Below, piece by piece: positions 27,552 to 40,369 of a stretch of 64,000 nucleotides of DNA. Each line of letters begins with the position of its first letter. Within the stretch, counting starts at the first letter, position 1. The notes beneath the pieces are model-generated. The model was not told the DNA's origin, did not search any database, and saw only the letters and a list, made by a program, of their open reading frames with translations. A program made the position numbers and the translations under genes. The DNA comes from Amoebidium appalachense. Taxonomy: Eukaryota > Protista > Ichthyosporea. The stretch spans positions 620,001-684,000 of the forward strand of contig CAVNZM010000010.1 in assembly GCA_963693365.1 (NCBI GenBank), in the 5' to 3' direction.

Positions 27552-28081
27552 GGGGGGGTTCCATATTCACACACCTGCTGCAGTTTTACCAAATCCTTGC
27601 GCCTGTCCACAATCATCAGCCTACCCAATGAATCCACAGCCCCTATATCCCCCGTCCGATACCACCGAATTCCGTCCGCGTCCGTGTAAAACCCTCCCTC
27701 CTCGTTTTCTTTCTCGCTTTTCCCCCAATACCCCAGGGCTACAGACGGTCCCCCGATCACAATTTCACCCCTTGGGGCCCCCACCCCTTCTTTCTCGCGG
27801 TCGGAATTGCAGTATCCTCCCTCCTCCCAGTCGCACAGTTTGATCTTTGTTGCACCCACGGGAAATCCGACCACACCAAGAGAGCGGGGGGTTTCAATGT
27901 TGGTGGGGGGTACCAATGTGCCGCATGCACAAGTTTCGGTCAGGCCGTAGCCCTGGACGACGGGAATACCCAATGAAACGCTGAGGAATTTCTGGGTGGA
28001 GGGGTGGAGGGGGGCACCGCCGGAGAGAAGATACTTGACTCGACCACCGAGTGCTTGCTTCACCTGTGGGGAAATGTGTGT

Positions 28082-28129
<48 letters not shown>

Positions 28130-28783
28130 GGGGGGGAAGGGATGGAGTGGGTGGGTGGGTGGGTGAGTGAGGGGGTGGGGGGGAGGGGAGGAGGGGATTT
28201 TGTGTGTGAAGGGGAGAGGGAGGGGGAAGAGGCCGAAAGAGGGTTGGTGGGGTTGGGGCGGTTGAGTTGGGGACGTCCGGTCGAGAAGGGGGGGTAGAGG
28301 GGGGAATGAATAGCTTGCATGGTTGGAAGTCCATGGGTGTGTTTGTGTGTGGTATGGGGGGGGGGGGGGGGGGGGGGGGGGGGGAGGGGGGGAGAAGTGG
28401 GGAGGATGGGCAGGATGCCCGAAGGAGGGGGGGGGGGAGGGGGGGGGGGAGAAGGCGAGACTAGAAATGTAGAGATGTGGCTAGAACGGGGATTGGGTGG
28501 ATGAAACGGATCATAAACCGTTGAGAAAGAAGTAGAGTGAGTGGGTGGGTGGTGGTGGGTGGGTGGGTGGGTGGGTGGGTGGGTGGGTGGGTGGGGGGGG
28601 GGGGGGGGGGGGGGGGAGAAGCGGAGGAGGAAAGGGAGAGGTGATATCGAGGTGGGGTGAGAACTGGGATAGAGGAAAGGGCTCTCTGATTTATGCAAAA
28701 AAAAAGTTATTAGAAATCCATTAGTAAGAAAAAACACGAGGGGTAGGCATGTTTTTGTCAGTGTGTTTGAGAAGGACGAAGGG

Positions 28784-28829
<46 letters not shown>

Positions 28830-29219
28830 GTTGGCTACTTCCTGATGCCCACACTAGGAGCATTTCAAGAAATACCATGTTGGTTCTAGATGTAAAATAC
28901 ATAATCATAACCCTCCCCCACACACATACCTCGCACCTTCCCCTTTCCAGTGCCCCCCCTCCCCCCCCTTCCCCTACCCTCCACCACCCTTCCCCCATCC
29001 TCCCTTGCCCTTGCCCAATCTAAGTTCAAGCATTTATTTGCCCATTATCACAATGAACCAATTGCTTTTCGCTGTCCTGTGCAACATTCAAAGCGTTTCT
29101 TCTTACGTTTCCCTACTTCGACCATCCCCCCCCCCCCACCCCCCCCCCCCCTCCCCCCCCCCCTACCTCTCTCCTCCCCTCCCCCCCATTGTGTGCGTGT
29201 GTGTTGTTGTTGTTGCTGT

Positions 29220-29253
<34 letters not shown>

Positions 29254-30746
29254 CTCCTTTTTCTTTTCCTTATTCTTCTTTTTTATGTGGGGGGAGGGGG
29301 GGTGGGGGGAGGGGGGGGGGGGTGGGGGGGGGTCGGGGGGACGACGAAGAAAGAGGAGAAAAAAGAAGAGACAGACTGAGAAGGAGAATCCAAGAAAACA
29401 TTCCTCACCCATCCACACACAAGAACACGCACCTTGTTGAAAATCACCGCATCCAACCAGGGGGTGACCGGATTTCCTCCAGCCCAAGCGCTCTCCTTCG
29501 CTTTGTATGCCGCCCAAAAAACCCCCTGTGCCACATATCCCTTCTGTGAAATTTTGCTTAAGATCCCACCACGAATTCTCTCCGCAACCATAGGAACGAC
29601 AGCAAAATGTGTGGGTTTTAGCACCGAAAGATCCCCCTCCGTTCCCTCCACTAATCGCGGGCTTCCCGTGGTGATGGTTGTCGGTGACCCGTAGCCAATC
29701 GGAACTCCCCTTAGCATGGTGTACATCTCACCGACCAGTGCAAGAATGTGAGCGAGGGGTAGGTATGCATAGCCGATGTCGCTTTCCATATCCATGGGAG
29801 GCACGGAAAATTCCATCCCCGCAACCGCCGAAAGAATGTTTGCGTGGGAAAAAATGACGCCTTTTGGTTGGCCCGTCGAACCGGACGTGAACATGACGAC
29901 GGCGACAGAATCCGGGTTCTGATTGGCCGACGGAAGCACGTGGTTATCTTTCCCGCTCACCTCGACGTCACTCAACGCAACCAATGAAACCCGCCCATTA
30001 AAATCTGCCGACCAATCATTCCTCATGCTTTCACCGCTGTACACCACCGCAGTCACCTGATTGGCTCTTGCCACAACCTTCTTAACGACAGCCAGTAGCG
30101 ATGGTTCCGTAAAAACGACTTTCGCACCCGTTTCGTTTAGCGCAGAAAAGATTGCGTCTTCTCCGAGAGTAGGGTAAACCGTCGTCACGATTGCACCAAT
30201 CATAATTGCTGCGTGGAACACCATGTGCCACTCCATAGACGTCGACATGTGAATGCACACCCTATCCCCCTCGACAATCCCCATAGATTTCAACCCGCCG
30301 GCAATGTCTTTAACCTTCGCCTCAACTTCCAGATGGTCCAGCCACACGTAATCACCCAATCGTAATTTTTCGTTAACCCTCCCGTTTTCGTCGGTGACGT
30401 TTTTGAGCGAAATGATTGGTCTGTAACCGAAACATTTTCGCTCTCCGTAGCAACGGGCCATGGTGGGGATGACGTCTGCAAGTGATTTAATACCCGGTGG
30501 GAAAGTCAAGGTTGCCACGTCTCTCTCTAACGCCTCCCTGTGTTGGATGATGAGCTCGGGGTGGGTGGCGATGACATGCGTTAAAGAACCGGGGATAACA
30601 CCCGCCTCCGTGGTGTCTTGGGTACCGGAGGTTGCCATTTTTGGTTTTTCGGTTCCCATGTATGGAAGGAGTTCCAGCACTGCCAGGGCGAGAATGCAAG
30701 CAGAAAGGGCTGCGAGCACAAAGTGGTCGAAGATATTGAGCTCCAT
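25366..30746 (-). CDS. ACSL: Long-chain-fatty-acid--CoA ligase (ACSL3/4, yeast Faa-like), 737 aa, 3 exons
   Basis: Exons 30746-29433, 28063-27575, 25776-25366, all phase 0 GT-AG. N-terminal TM anchor; AMP-binding motifs FTSGSTGQPKGV, YLPLAHILAL, QGYGLTET, WYRTGDIG, IVDRRKDLVKLQQGEYLSL, LVTGSMKVRR. Confidence 0.95.
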
Positions 30747-32403
30747 TTTACATCAGTTGGATTACCAATCGTAGCCGAGAGTTCGTGTGTATGTGGGTGG
30801 GTGTGCTGGTGTGTGCGCGCAATATTGCACGTGTGTAGGTGCTAGTTTGTGCTGAAATGGGAGGCAGAGTTGTCAACAAATCGCAATCAATAAACTATAT
30901 TGTGTGACGTCTTTTCACAGAAACAACCCGGTGGAAATGGACGGGCTTAGAAATGGGCCCCTGAATCAAAAGAGTTGGCGCGCGGAAACTTTGGAAGCGG
31001 TCTGTTGAAAGTGCCAAGGGAAGAAGGGGAGGGAAAAGGGGCGGTCACCGTGGTGAAGGGCGGGGGGGAAGGCCTGGTAAGGGGTGTAGGCAAAAATGAT
31101 TCTAGTTTGAAATTGTTTACGGTTTTGTGTTTTGCCAACCGTTGCAGCAGAAAATTTGACACAAGTTGTGCTTCTGTGTAAGATTTTATCTATACCCATC
31201 AATCATGCCCATCATTGCATGCAAGGAGGATTGGGCTGCGTTGTAAGTTTGGGTTCACCCCCAACAATGCATAACTATTCACTCAGTGCACAGTGTGTAA
31301 CTTGGCCGAGAAAAGGTTGCTGTCTACTACACTTCTGTTCTGTGGGCATCTACTTGTAACACACTCCTACACCAACAAAGCGTACATGTATCTGACATTT
31401 CGATTCGGAGCTGACGTATGTTTGGGGTACCGGTTGTGGAATGCCTCTGTTCAGTCGGTGTAGCAAAGCTGTCAATGACATGGACAAGTGACACAAAACC
31501 ACCAGATAGCATCCTGTTGCACATCGAGTTCTCTTGTGAGGCTAGCAACCATCGGTGTGCCTAACCCGGCGGTGCCTTACAAGACCTGCATACACACAGA
31601 AAAGCAAAAAGAATATAAAAACTTAATATTACTATATTAGAAAATTCTAACCCAGTAAGTCTTGTAGTGGTGCACCGCCTGTGTTTACCCCTCGAACCGA
31701 TTTCACACAACTGTCATTTAAAACCCCTCGGTGCAGGGCTATCTATGAAAAACCGCGCCACATGAAAAAATGTTGAATGTGACAATGTGCTACTTACGCA
31801 CTCATGACGCAACACAACGAGCATATATATGATCACTGCACGTCAGTGGTGAGTGTACTCGCCCAATTCAGAGATTAAAACGAGCCTGGAAAACTTTTGT
31901 TTGCGCTGCGCATGCGCAGGCCCCGGGGTTATAATGAAAGGCAGCATCTAACTGTACTATTGCCGCAGTGCCTAACATGTCTGTGAGCTGATAAAAAACG
32001 CTGAGTCCATCAAGCTGTGCCACCGGCTGACGGCCTGGCAGATATCCACGCCCTGCGTAACGTCACCCGCCGGCTTTGCTGACATGTACGATCTTCGACG
32101 CGCACGTGCACGTGCAAGTAGTATACATAAATCTAATAGTCTCCAGAAACGTAATATAACTCCTGGAATAGACTACGCCAAATAAATAATTGTGTATAGC
32201 GATGTTAGATAAGATTTCTTTTCTTTCCTTCCTTTTTCTCTTTCGTTTTCCCGCTTTCGAGTGCGCGCTTGCGGCAAGGGCGGTCAGCTTATTCAATCTA
32301 GATCGACACGAATCGCGGAGGTTGATAGGCGGATCTTGAGAGCCAAATAGAATAGATCTGAATCTGTAACACACACCCGGCCGAAACCGTGAAACGCACT
32401 AAT

Positions 32404-32770
32404 CACTGAGCCGCTTCGCGTTGATTTAAATAATATCTAAATATCTAGATTGTTAAATTTACGTATAAAACGTCCGCAATCCAATTGATCTGTTAAATAT
32501 TTAAAGTTTGCTTAAAATCTAGATTGATTTCGCGGCTCTCTTCCAGATGGGCGAATCTGGAAGGGGGGGGGGGGGGGGGGGGGGGGGGGGTAGGATGAGA
32601 CGATTGGTCCTTGGAACTCGCCTAAATACCTTCCAATAGAATTGCGATCTACGATCTAAATAATTCATTTTCTAAACTGCTCTACGCGAATTGAGCAGAC
32701 TTTTAGATATTTATGTAGAGAACGCATTGGAGTGACGAAAACCAGAATGGTGCAGACGGGTAACTGCGGC
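32404..32770 (+). repeat. Dispersed repeat; inverted, shorter relative at 39630-39723
   Basis: tgagccgcttcgcgttga...aaatatcta and tggagtgacgaaaaccagaatggtgcagacgggt match the reverse complement of 39630-39723; region rich in tctaga/agatct motifs. Confidence 0.65.
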
Positions 32771-33998
32771 CGGTTATAAGATCGACCTGATTACCATCCA
32801 ATAAGCGGCTATTCAGACAGCGCACAACCGCGTATTTTGATCCGGATTCTCAGCGGAAAACCCGATCCGAAGGGCCTGTGTGATATCATTCTGAAGAGAT
32901 CATCCGGCCCGAACCGTAGAAAGTCTAAACCTGTTGGCCCGGATATTCAGCTTGCAAGCAAGGCTTGCACACACACACTACCAGTCGGAAGGAAAACGAG
33001 GGAGGGAGAAGATGTAATAATCTAGATGTAGTGGTGTTTATAGTATGTGATTAGAATATGAATGGCATCTTATGAGTAGTTTCAACAAAAGGAATAAACG
33101 GTCAGCCGTTCTACCGAAAAGTCGTGAACCCAGGACTCGATTACCCTGTGAGCAGTAAGGCTTCAGAGAGAGCTCACTGTGTTTTTTCGTTTTTTTAAAA
33201 GTGATGTGCGTGTGTGTCGGTGTCGGTGTGGGGAAATAAGATCTAGAATGGCGGAAGGGTGTGTGCGCTGATGTGTGGGAAAATGCCTTTAAAGAAGCTG
33301 CATAGGAGGCGGGGTTTTGGTGATCGTGTGCCACGATGGTGTGTGTGTGTGTGTTTGGCCGGAGGAACCGTACACAAGTGGAGCCTCGTGTGTGTGTCCG
33401 AGTGTGGGTTTTTGTGTGTGCGTGTTGGGGGGGGGGCGGGGGGGAGGGGGGGGGGGGGGAGGGGGGCCTGAGGGAGGGGGCTCACGGGACCAGGAAGGCA
33501 CCATAAACATCTGCATGTAAACAATACATACGTACATTTTTCATTTCGAGGTACATGCGTCAATACATAACAACTCAACATACTGTTAAAACCAATACAA
33601 GCCTACACTGTTAGCCACTTATAACTGGTTGCCCTTCGACTAGCGTCATATGTGTCTCTTATCTTGCCTAATCTCACGGTGGCACCTTGCCGGCAGATCT
33701 CATTCCTCTAAAGCCTATATACATCAGCTTGTCTTTTACGTCTCATGCAAGTAAGCGTACATACGCTTCTTCTCTAATTAGGATCAGTAAGCGGCTTCCA
33801 GCACGCAGAGGATGTTGCTGTCTGAGGAGGTGCTGACCAATCCCTCGTAGTGTTGTGGAATTTGCTGATCTTGCTGGCGGCGATCTGCGATCTGCGAATA
33901 GATCCAGCTCAGCTCGAGGAGGAGGAGGAGGGGGATGGGGGGGGGGGGGGGGGGGGGGGGGGGAGGGGGAAAGACAAACGAGAAAAAAAGCGGTAGAG

Positions 33999-34029
<31 letters not shown>

Positions 34030-34259
34030 AGGGGGAAGGTTTTCGAAGGCGACTATTTTGGGAAATTTAAGAGGAGATGGAGGGAAAGGAGGAGGAAGAG
34101 AGCGGCAAAGGGAGGAGGTAGGGAGGGGGAATTAGGGAATGGCCCCGGGGGACTGTGTTGGGGGAAAGGGGGAGGAGGGGAGGAGAGGGGAGAGGGAAGA
34201 GAGAGGAAAAGAACCGAGGTGGGTGGGGGTAGGTGGTGGTGATGGTGGTGGTGGTTTGT

Positions 34260-34295
<36 letters not shown>

Positions 34296-35982
34296 GTTGG
34301 AGATGTGTTACACGGGATCACGGTCACAGTACGAAATCCTGATCTACGATGTACACTGGGATAAGGCATGTACACACCACTTTTTAGAAAATAAAACACC
34401 CCATTCCCTACGGAGTATGCAACTGCGTCGGGGGAGTGGGTGGGAGGGGGAGGGGGCGGGGGTCGGGGGGGACTCGAGAGGGGAAGAAGAAAAGGAGACG
34501 ATAGGGGTGAGGCTGGGTATGGGTGGGTGGGAGAGGGAGGGGGGACAAAAAGACGTGAGCATTTCTTTCGGAGGGATGCCAGTGGAATACAACGGCTGGG
34601 AGGTTTGGGAGGTTTCTCTTGTGTCTGTGTGTGTGTATGTGTGTGTTTTTTTTGGGGGGGGGAAGGGGGTTCCGAGTGTGTACTAGTTGAGACAGCTAGG
34701 AGAATAGGAAGTTAGGGGAAGGAGAAAGAGAAAACGGAGGGGGGGGGGGGGGGGAGGGGGGGAATTGAGAACTGCAAGGGGCACGTAAAAGAAACGAAAA
34801 GGAGGGGAGGGCGGGGCAGATTGAGCAAACGAAGTCGGACACGTGAAAGAAACGGAGGGGGTGGAGGGGGGAAGGGGGGGAAGGAAGAGACTTGTGTGAT
34901 CTTAATTTTTCGAAAGTAGGGAGAAATGTGGAGGACAACTGACTGGGCAGTTGAAGGCACCGGATAGCGGGGAGGGGAGGCCTAGAGGGAGGGGGGGGGG
35001 GGGAGGGGGGGGGGGGGGTATATGCAAGGGACGGGGTAATGGACCAGGGGAAGGCCAGGGCAGCACACAAAACGGATTAGCACACAAGATGCAGGCAAAC
35101 AAAAAACAGCGCACACGAAAAAGGGCAGTCAAAAAGTATACAATTATGTACACGGGGGGGAGCTGTGCATCACCAGTGTGCTTGTTGGGAGTTGGCTGGG
35201 TAGAACCTTATCCGATGGCCTGTTGCGCAAACAGCTTATACAGCGTATGGCTCATTTTGCCTTTGCGCTCATGTACAACTATCATGTTGCCAAATCATTG
35301 GGAATGTATAAAAGATGCGAACACAAAAATGGTACCCGCACACAGTCAAAGGCACGGTCACATGCATCTCTAAACTCCTATAGAATGCCTACATGTTGGC
35401 TCATTTTCGCGAAACACTTGCATGGAAAGATGAAAGCATGGCTTAGTGTGTTGATAAAAAAAGCATACTGAAGAAATAATGCGACTTATGCGTCTCCTCA
35501 ATGGGGAATCAGAGCTAAAGCAGTTGGGCAAAGGTCAGGGTACTAGTAGCTGTTACGCACGATGATGCTGTAAAAACACCCTATGTTTTGGAATCCCTAG
35601 ATTGTGTGTTATGAAATACGAAATGAACTGAACAGTAAAAGCTTGCAGGGTGATAATATAACAGGTTCCAAACGTAGAAGGCAGGCCCTGGACAAACAGG
35701 AAACTAAGAAAACATCGATATATATGTGCTGTGAAAAAAAGGCGCCAAAAATGTGATATTTACAGGTGCTGAGGAGAAAAGCGGGTGGGGGTTTACGCTG
35801 TTTACTCGAGGCAAAGAGAACCAGTCTCAGGTATGGGGGGGGGGGTTTTGCTCGGAATATCCCCTCAGCGGTATATCATGATCACGTACATAGATGTCGG
35901 GTGGTGACTATATATCAGGGTTTACTTTCTCTACGAGACACCATAAAGACTACAAGGAGAAATCAATTAGTTGGGGTTCCCC

Positions 35983-35983
<1 letters not shown>

Positions 35984-36029
<46 letters not shown>

Positions 36030-36061
36030 GGGCTCCCCTCGGGACACTCGGTATCAGCTGG

Positions 36062-36128
<67 letters not shown>

Positions 36129-39100
36129 TGCGCTATAATTTTGTAGTGATGTGTTTCTCAAGCCAATCAATACATCTAATAAACAGGTCGTAGTTACGCG
36201 TGTTTAGTATAAAATCAAGGATGTTGTAATTTACAGGTAGGCTATCTTTCTGGGTGTCTGTTGTGAATGTGACGTGTGTGTGTTGCGGTATTATGTGGTC
36301 TATCAAACTACATTTGGCGATACATGACCGGTTAAACTGGTGTGTGTGTGTGTTGTTTGGGCATGCAAATGATGCCACCTTATACTTATTAGATCTCCAC
36401 TGTATAGCACGTGTACAGTAAAAGCGTGGTAATTGATCAATAATACCATCAGCTAGAGAAAGACCAGTTCTACAGGAAGGTAATATGTATTTAGGTGTTA
36501 TACACTTGCGAGTGCCATATTTGGCAATATGGTTGAGGCGGTCAGTATATATAAAACGAGACATAAGGCTTAGTTTTTCAAGGTGTATGCTTTCATCGGG
36601 TCTAGTGTCGTGTGGTATCTTTTTCCATTTGTTATATTGCGTGATTATCTTGTGATTGTGTACATGTTTAATAAGTAAGTGGCAGTCCAAAGTCACACAC
36701 ACACTATTGCGGGGTTTATTTGTATTTGTGCCCAGGGGAGAAGGGGAGAGAGAGGGGAGGAAAGAGGGGAGAGGTGAGGAGGGGACAGGTCGGATAGAGA
36801 AGAGAGGGTGGGAGGGCAAATACTTCTTTAAGCGGCTTATGTGCTTATTGAATTTCAGCGCGAGATAGGATACTCTAGCAGCTATTGGGACCAGACCATA
36901 TATCGAGAGCGTTACAGGCCCAGGTTTACAACAGTTGTTAGATAGAAAGGAGGCAACTTCTGCTTCAAGGAAATTTGCCAAGGGTTTAAGCGCTCTAGTT
37001 CTCTCTTTCTTGATCCAAGCGGCGAGAAGGGGTAAACCATATTCACATGCCGGGAAGACAAAAGTGCGAATAAATGTAAGTCTAATAGAAGGATGGAGGG
37101 GTGTGTCTTTAAAAATATTAGCCGAGAAGAAAGCTAACCGCTTACGAGCCAACTCTACCCTCTTTTCGACCATATGGGGAAACATAACACCAACAGAATC
37201 AACCGGAACACCAAGATATTTGTATTCTGGAACTATAGGTACAGGTTTAGATGATAATGTAAATGTGTGTAAATTGTTAGCTATATCAGGTACAAGAACA
37301 CCACATTTGTCTATGTTAAGGATCATAAGGTTTGCCTTGCACCACTCTGACACTACATCGAACAATCTTTGCAGGCGTCTAGGGGTACGGGCAAGGAGGG
37401 ACAGATCATCAGCATAGAGAAGTGCAGGCGGAAAGTTATTAATAGGGTCATCGTTTTCGGCGTAAATCTTGACAGCCAAATCATCTATAAATAGGTTAAA
37501 CAAAAAGGGGCTAAGCAATGAACCCTGCAAGAGACCTCTAGTACGAGCAAAACCATATGAAAGATGCCCATTAACCACAGCTCTACCATAGGTTTGAGAC
37601 AAGAGTGCTTCTAACAGAACACCAATGCAGTGTGGTACACCCCGTGCAGCAAGCTTTTCCCATAGGAGACCAGGGGAGACAGAATCGTAAGCAGTTTTCC
37701 AATCAATAAAGCCAACATATTGTGCACCAACTTGCATAGAATCGTGCAGTGCCATTATTTGAACATAACATGAATTGTTTTTACGAAAAGCGGATTGGCA
37801 TGGGTGTATGTGAAGAATAGATTGAAACCTAGGGTGATGTGCAAATAACCTAAGTAAGCAAGCTTCAAAGAATCTACGAACAACCTGGGTTAGTGTAATG
37901 GGGCGAAAGGATGATATGGGGCCCTCAGAGTCCTTCTTAACTATGGGGATCACTAAGGTATCTAACCAAGATGACGGGACATGTCCACATTTAACACACC
38001 AAGAAAAGAGAGAGCTTAACATGATAGTAAGATCAGGTTTAATAGCACGATCACTTTCCTTTTGTGGGTAGGAGGGAACAAGGATTTTAAGAAACCCAGC
38101 AGGGAGTCCATCAGGTCCACAAGACTTACTAGAGCTATAACTAGATATCACAGACCATATGGCATCGGGACTGAAAAAGGGGAGGATCGATTCTATGGGG
38201 ATAGATGGGTCTACAGGCCACACAATAGGTTTCTGAGCGGGGGTCCTATCTTTAAACAGTTCCGAGAAATACTTATCAGAGTCTATGAGGGGGTCTCCAG
38301 TGGTATCACCAATAATACGAGCAGGGGGGCCAAATCGATTCATACTAGCAAGCCGGCGCAAGCTTTCCTTTTGAGACAGGGGTTCACCTAGTCTAGCGGG
38401 AATGGTGTTTGGTAACAAGAGAGCATCGGGATATTCCTTCCTACCACCGCCAGCATAATCACCGAGATCTATCAAATCATCAACAATAAAGTTAGTGCAT
38501 GTATCTAGTACGAGATGTGAATCTGGCCTGGCTTGTGCAGATTCTAATAGGCGCATATATATAGGGTGTTTCGTAGCATAGCATACACATACATCAACTC
38601 TACCCCACTGTGACTTAAGCTGGGATAGACGGAGGCGAAAGGTGGGAGGGGGAGGGGGGAGCAGATCAAGGGAGATCTTAGGTAGGAAAAGGCTAGGAGA
38701 GTGGTCAGATGACCTAGAGAGGTTAGGAGGGAGAGAGAGTTTTGACATGGTTGATGGCCAAAAGGCCACTCCCCAGTCGGTGTTGTGGGCATGGGATATT
38801 TGAGGGAACCGCAAAGTGTGACTTTGGACATACCTTGCTAAAGGGATAGCACGCTCCGGGGGCTTAGATGGGTACCCGACACTCACTTGCAGTGTGTCTG
38901 TGTGGTGGAGTCGCGTGTTAAAATCACCTAAAATAACAGTGGACATTGGTAACTGTGACAACTCGTGAGTCAATTCGACGAATGTAAGTCTAATAGAAGG
39001 ATGGAGGGGTGTGTCTTTAAAAATATTAGCCGAGAAGAAAGCTAACCGCTTACGAGCCAACTCTACCCTCTTTTCGACCATATGGGGAAACATAACACCA

Positions 39101-39499
39101 ACAGAATCAACCGGAACACCAAGATATTTGTATTCTGGAACTATAGGTACAGGTTTAGATGATAATGTAAATGTGTGTAAATTGTTAGCTATATCAGGTA
39201 CAAGAACACCACATTTGTCTATGTTAAGGATCATAAGGTTTGCCTTGCACCACTCTGACACTACATCGAACAATCTTTGCAGGCGTCTAGGGGTACGGGC
39301 AAGGAGGGACAGATCATCAGCATAGAGAAGTGCAGGCGGAAAGTTATTAATAGGGTCATCGTTTTCGGCGTAAATCTTGACAGCCAAATCATCTATAAAT
39401 AGGTTAAACAAAAAGGGGCTAAGCAATGAACCCTGCAAGAGACCTCTAGTACGAGCAAAACCATATGAAAGATGCCCATTAACCACAGCTCTACCATAG
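35984..39499 (-). mobile_element. 5'-truncated and rearranged non-LTR retrotransposon (LINE, APE + RT)
   Basis: Poly(A) tail (T run 35984-36025), short 3' UTR with (CA)n, ORF with APE remnants (VILGDFN, SDH) and RT motifs (KSCGPDG, FRPITL, IDWKTAYDSV, GLLQGSLLSP, YADD, YKYLG). No TSD found. Confidence 0.92.
36133..39486 (-). CDS. LINE ORF2-like reverse transcriptase with an in-frame N-terminal duplicate of the RT core
   Basis: 1117-codon open frame; 38981-39499 appears identical to 37073-37591 (519 bp). No ATG start, so probably not expressed in this form. Confidence 0.8.
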   Translation of the reverse strand: MVNGHLSYGFARTRGLLQGSLLSPFLFNLFIDDLAVKIYAENDDPINNFPPALLYADDLSLLARTPRRLQRLFDVVSEWCKANLMILNIDKCGVLVPDIANNLHTFTLSSKPVPIVPEYKYLGVPVDSVGVMFPHMVEKRVELARKRLAFFSANIFKDTPLHPSIRLTFVELTHELSQLPMSTVILGDFNTRLHHTDTLQVSVGYPSKPPERAIPLARYVQSHTLRFPQISHAHNTDWGVAFWPSTMSKLSLPPNLSRSSDHSPSLFLPKISLDLLPPPPPTFRLRLSQLKSQWGRVDVCVCYATKHPIYMRLLESAQARPDSHLVLDTCTNFIVDDLIDLGDYAGGGRKEYPDALLLPNTIPARLGEPLSQKESLRRLASMNRFGPPARIIGDTTGDPLIDSDKYFSELFKDRTPAQKPIVWPVDPSIPIESILPFFSPDAIWSVISSYSSSKSCGPDGLPAGFLKILVPSYPQKESDRAIKPDLTIMLSSLFSWCVKCGHVPSSWLDTLVIPIVKKDSEGPISSFRPITLTQVVRRFFEACLLRLFAHHPRFQSILHIHPCQSAFRKNNSCYVQIMALHDSMQVGAQYVGFIDWKTAYDSVSPGLLWEKLAARGVPHCIGVLLEALLSQTYGRAVVNGHLSYGFARTRGLLQGSLLSPFLFNLFIDDLAVKIYAENDDPINNFPPALLYADDLSLLARTPRRLQRLFDVVSEWCKANLMILNIDKCGVLVPDIANNLHTFTLSSKPVPIVPEYKYLGVPVDSVGVMFPHMVEKRVELARKRLAFFSANIFKDTPLHPSIRLTFIRTFVFPACEYGLPLLAAWIKKERTRALKPLANFLEAEVASFLSNNCCKPGPVTLSIYGLVPIAARVSYLALKFNKHISRLKKYLPSHPLFSIRPVPSSPLPSFLPSLSPSPLGTNTNKPRNSVCVTLDCHLLIKHVHNHKIITQYNKWKKIPHDTRPDESIHLEKLSLMSRFIYTDRLNHIAKYGTRKCITPKYILPSCRTGLSLADGIIDQLPRFYCTRAIQWRSNKYKVASFACPNNTHTHQFNRSCIAKCSLIDHIIPQHTHVTFTTDTQKDSLPVNYNILDFILNTRNYDLFIRCIDWLEKHITTKL

Positions 39500-39629
39500 C
39501 GGGCCTCCGTTGCCAGAAATCAGAGCATATTTACGGGAATATAAATTTAGACAGGAAAAATCTATGAGGCTGTTTGCGCGACGCCCTACAAATCAAATCT
39601 TAGCAGTTCGGGCTGATGGCTGGTCGGGC

Positions 39630-39723
39630 CGACCCGACTGCACCATTCTGATCTTTGTCACTCCATTGGTTCTCTAGATTCGCCGAGCACGTAGATATTT
39701 AGTCAACGCGAAGCGACTCACTG
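39630..39723 (-). repeat. Short inverted relative of the 32404-32770 repeat
   Basis: acccgactgcaccattctgatctttgtcactcca and tagatatttagtcaacgcgaagcgactca. Confidence 0.65.
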
Positions 39724-40369
39724 AGATATTGCATAGATCGAGTACAAAACGGTTAATGGCTCAGATACGTCCCTACATACAGTACCAGAAGGAACAAACA
39801 AACAACTTTGAAACCTTTTTCAACATAGGCTTATTGGGTCAATGACACAAGTTTCCTCCTCCTTTGTGTTCAAGCTGGCACATATATTGAATCATAAGCA
39901 AGCACCGTAAGTGTGTGATTTCAAAATAAAAATTTGGTACTTTTGGTCCATTCCTGCTGATCATGCATATGACTTCGAGCGTCGGACCCCATGGTATACG
40001 TAGGGCTACCTTTCCGTTACGTAAGGCAACCTCAAGCAACCAGCCCTGCTAAATAATATATTATAATCGCAACTTTAAGGGGATATCTGTGGCGCTTTCT
40101 ATTATTCGCGTGCTATATCCAAACGCAACAAAAATTTAATAATAGTGCAATCAATTAATTGTTCGTTCTTATTAATAGGCAGAGATGGCATCACACGAAC
40201 CACAGGCCCCCATTCCTTGCCCACCACACCGCCTACCAACCCCACCCATTATCCAGCCAGCAAAAATGGTAAAAGTAGAGCCCCCGTGTGTTACTATTAT
40301 TCTGGCCACAGAGGCCACACAGAATAATCCACCAAAATTCCCTTCAGAGGGTGAACTATTTCCGTTGTC

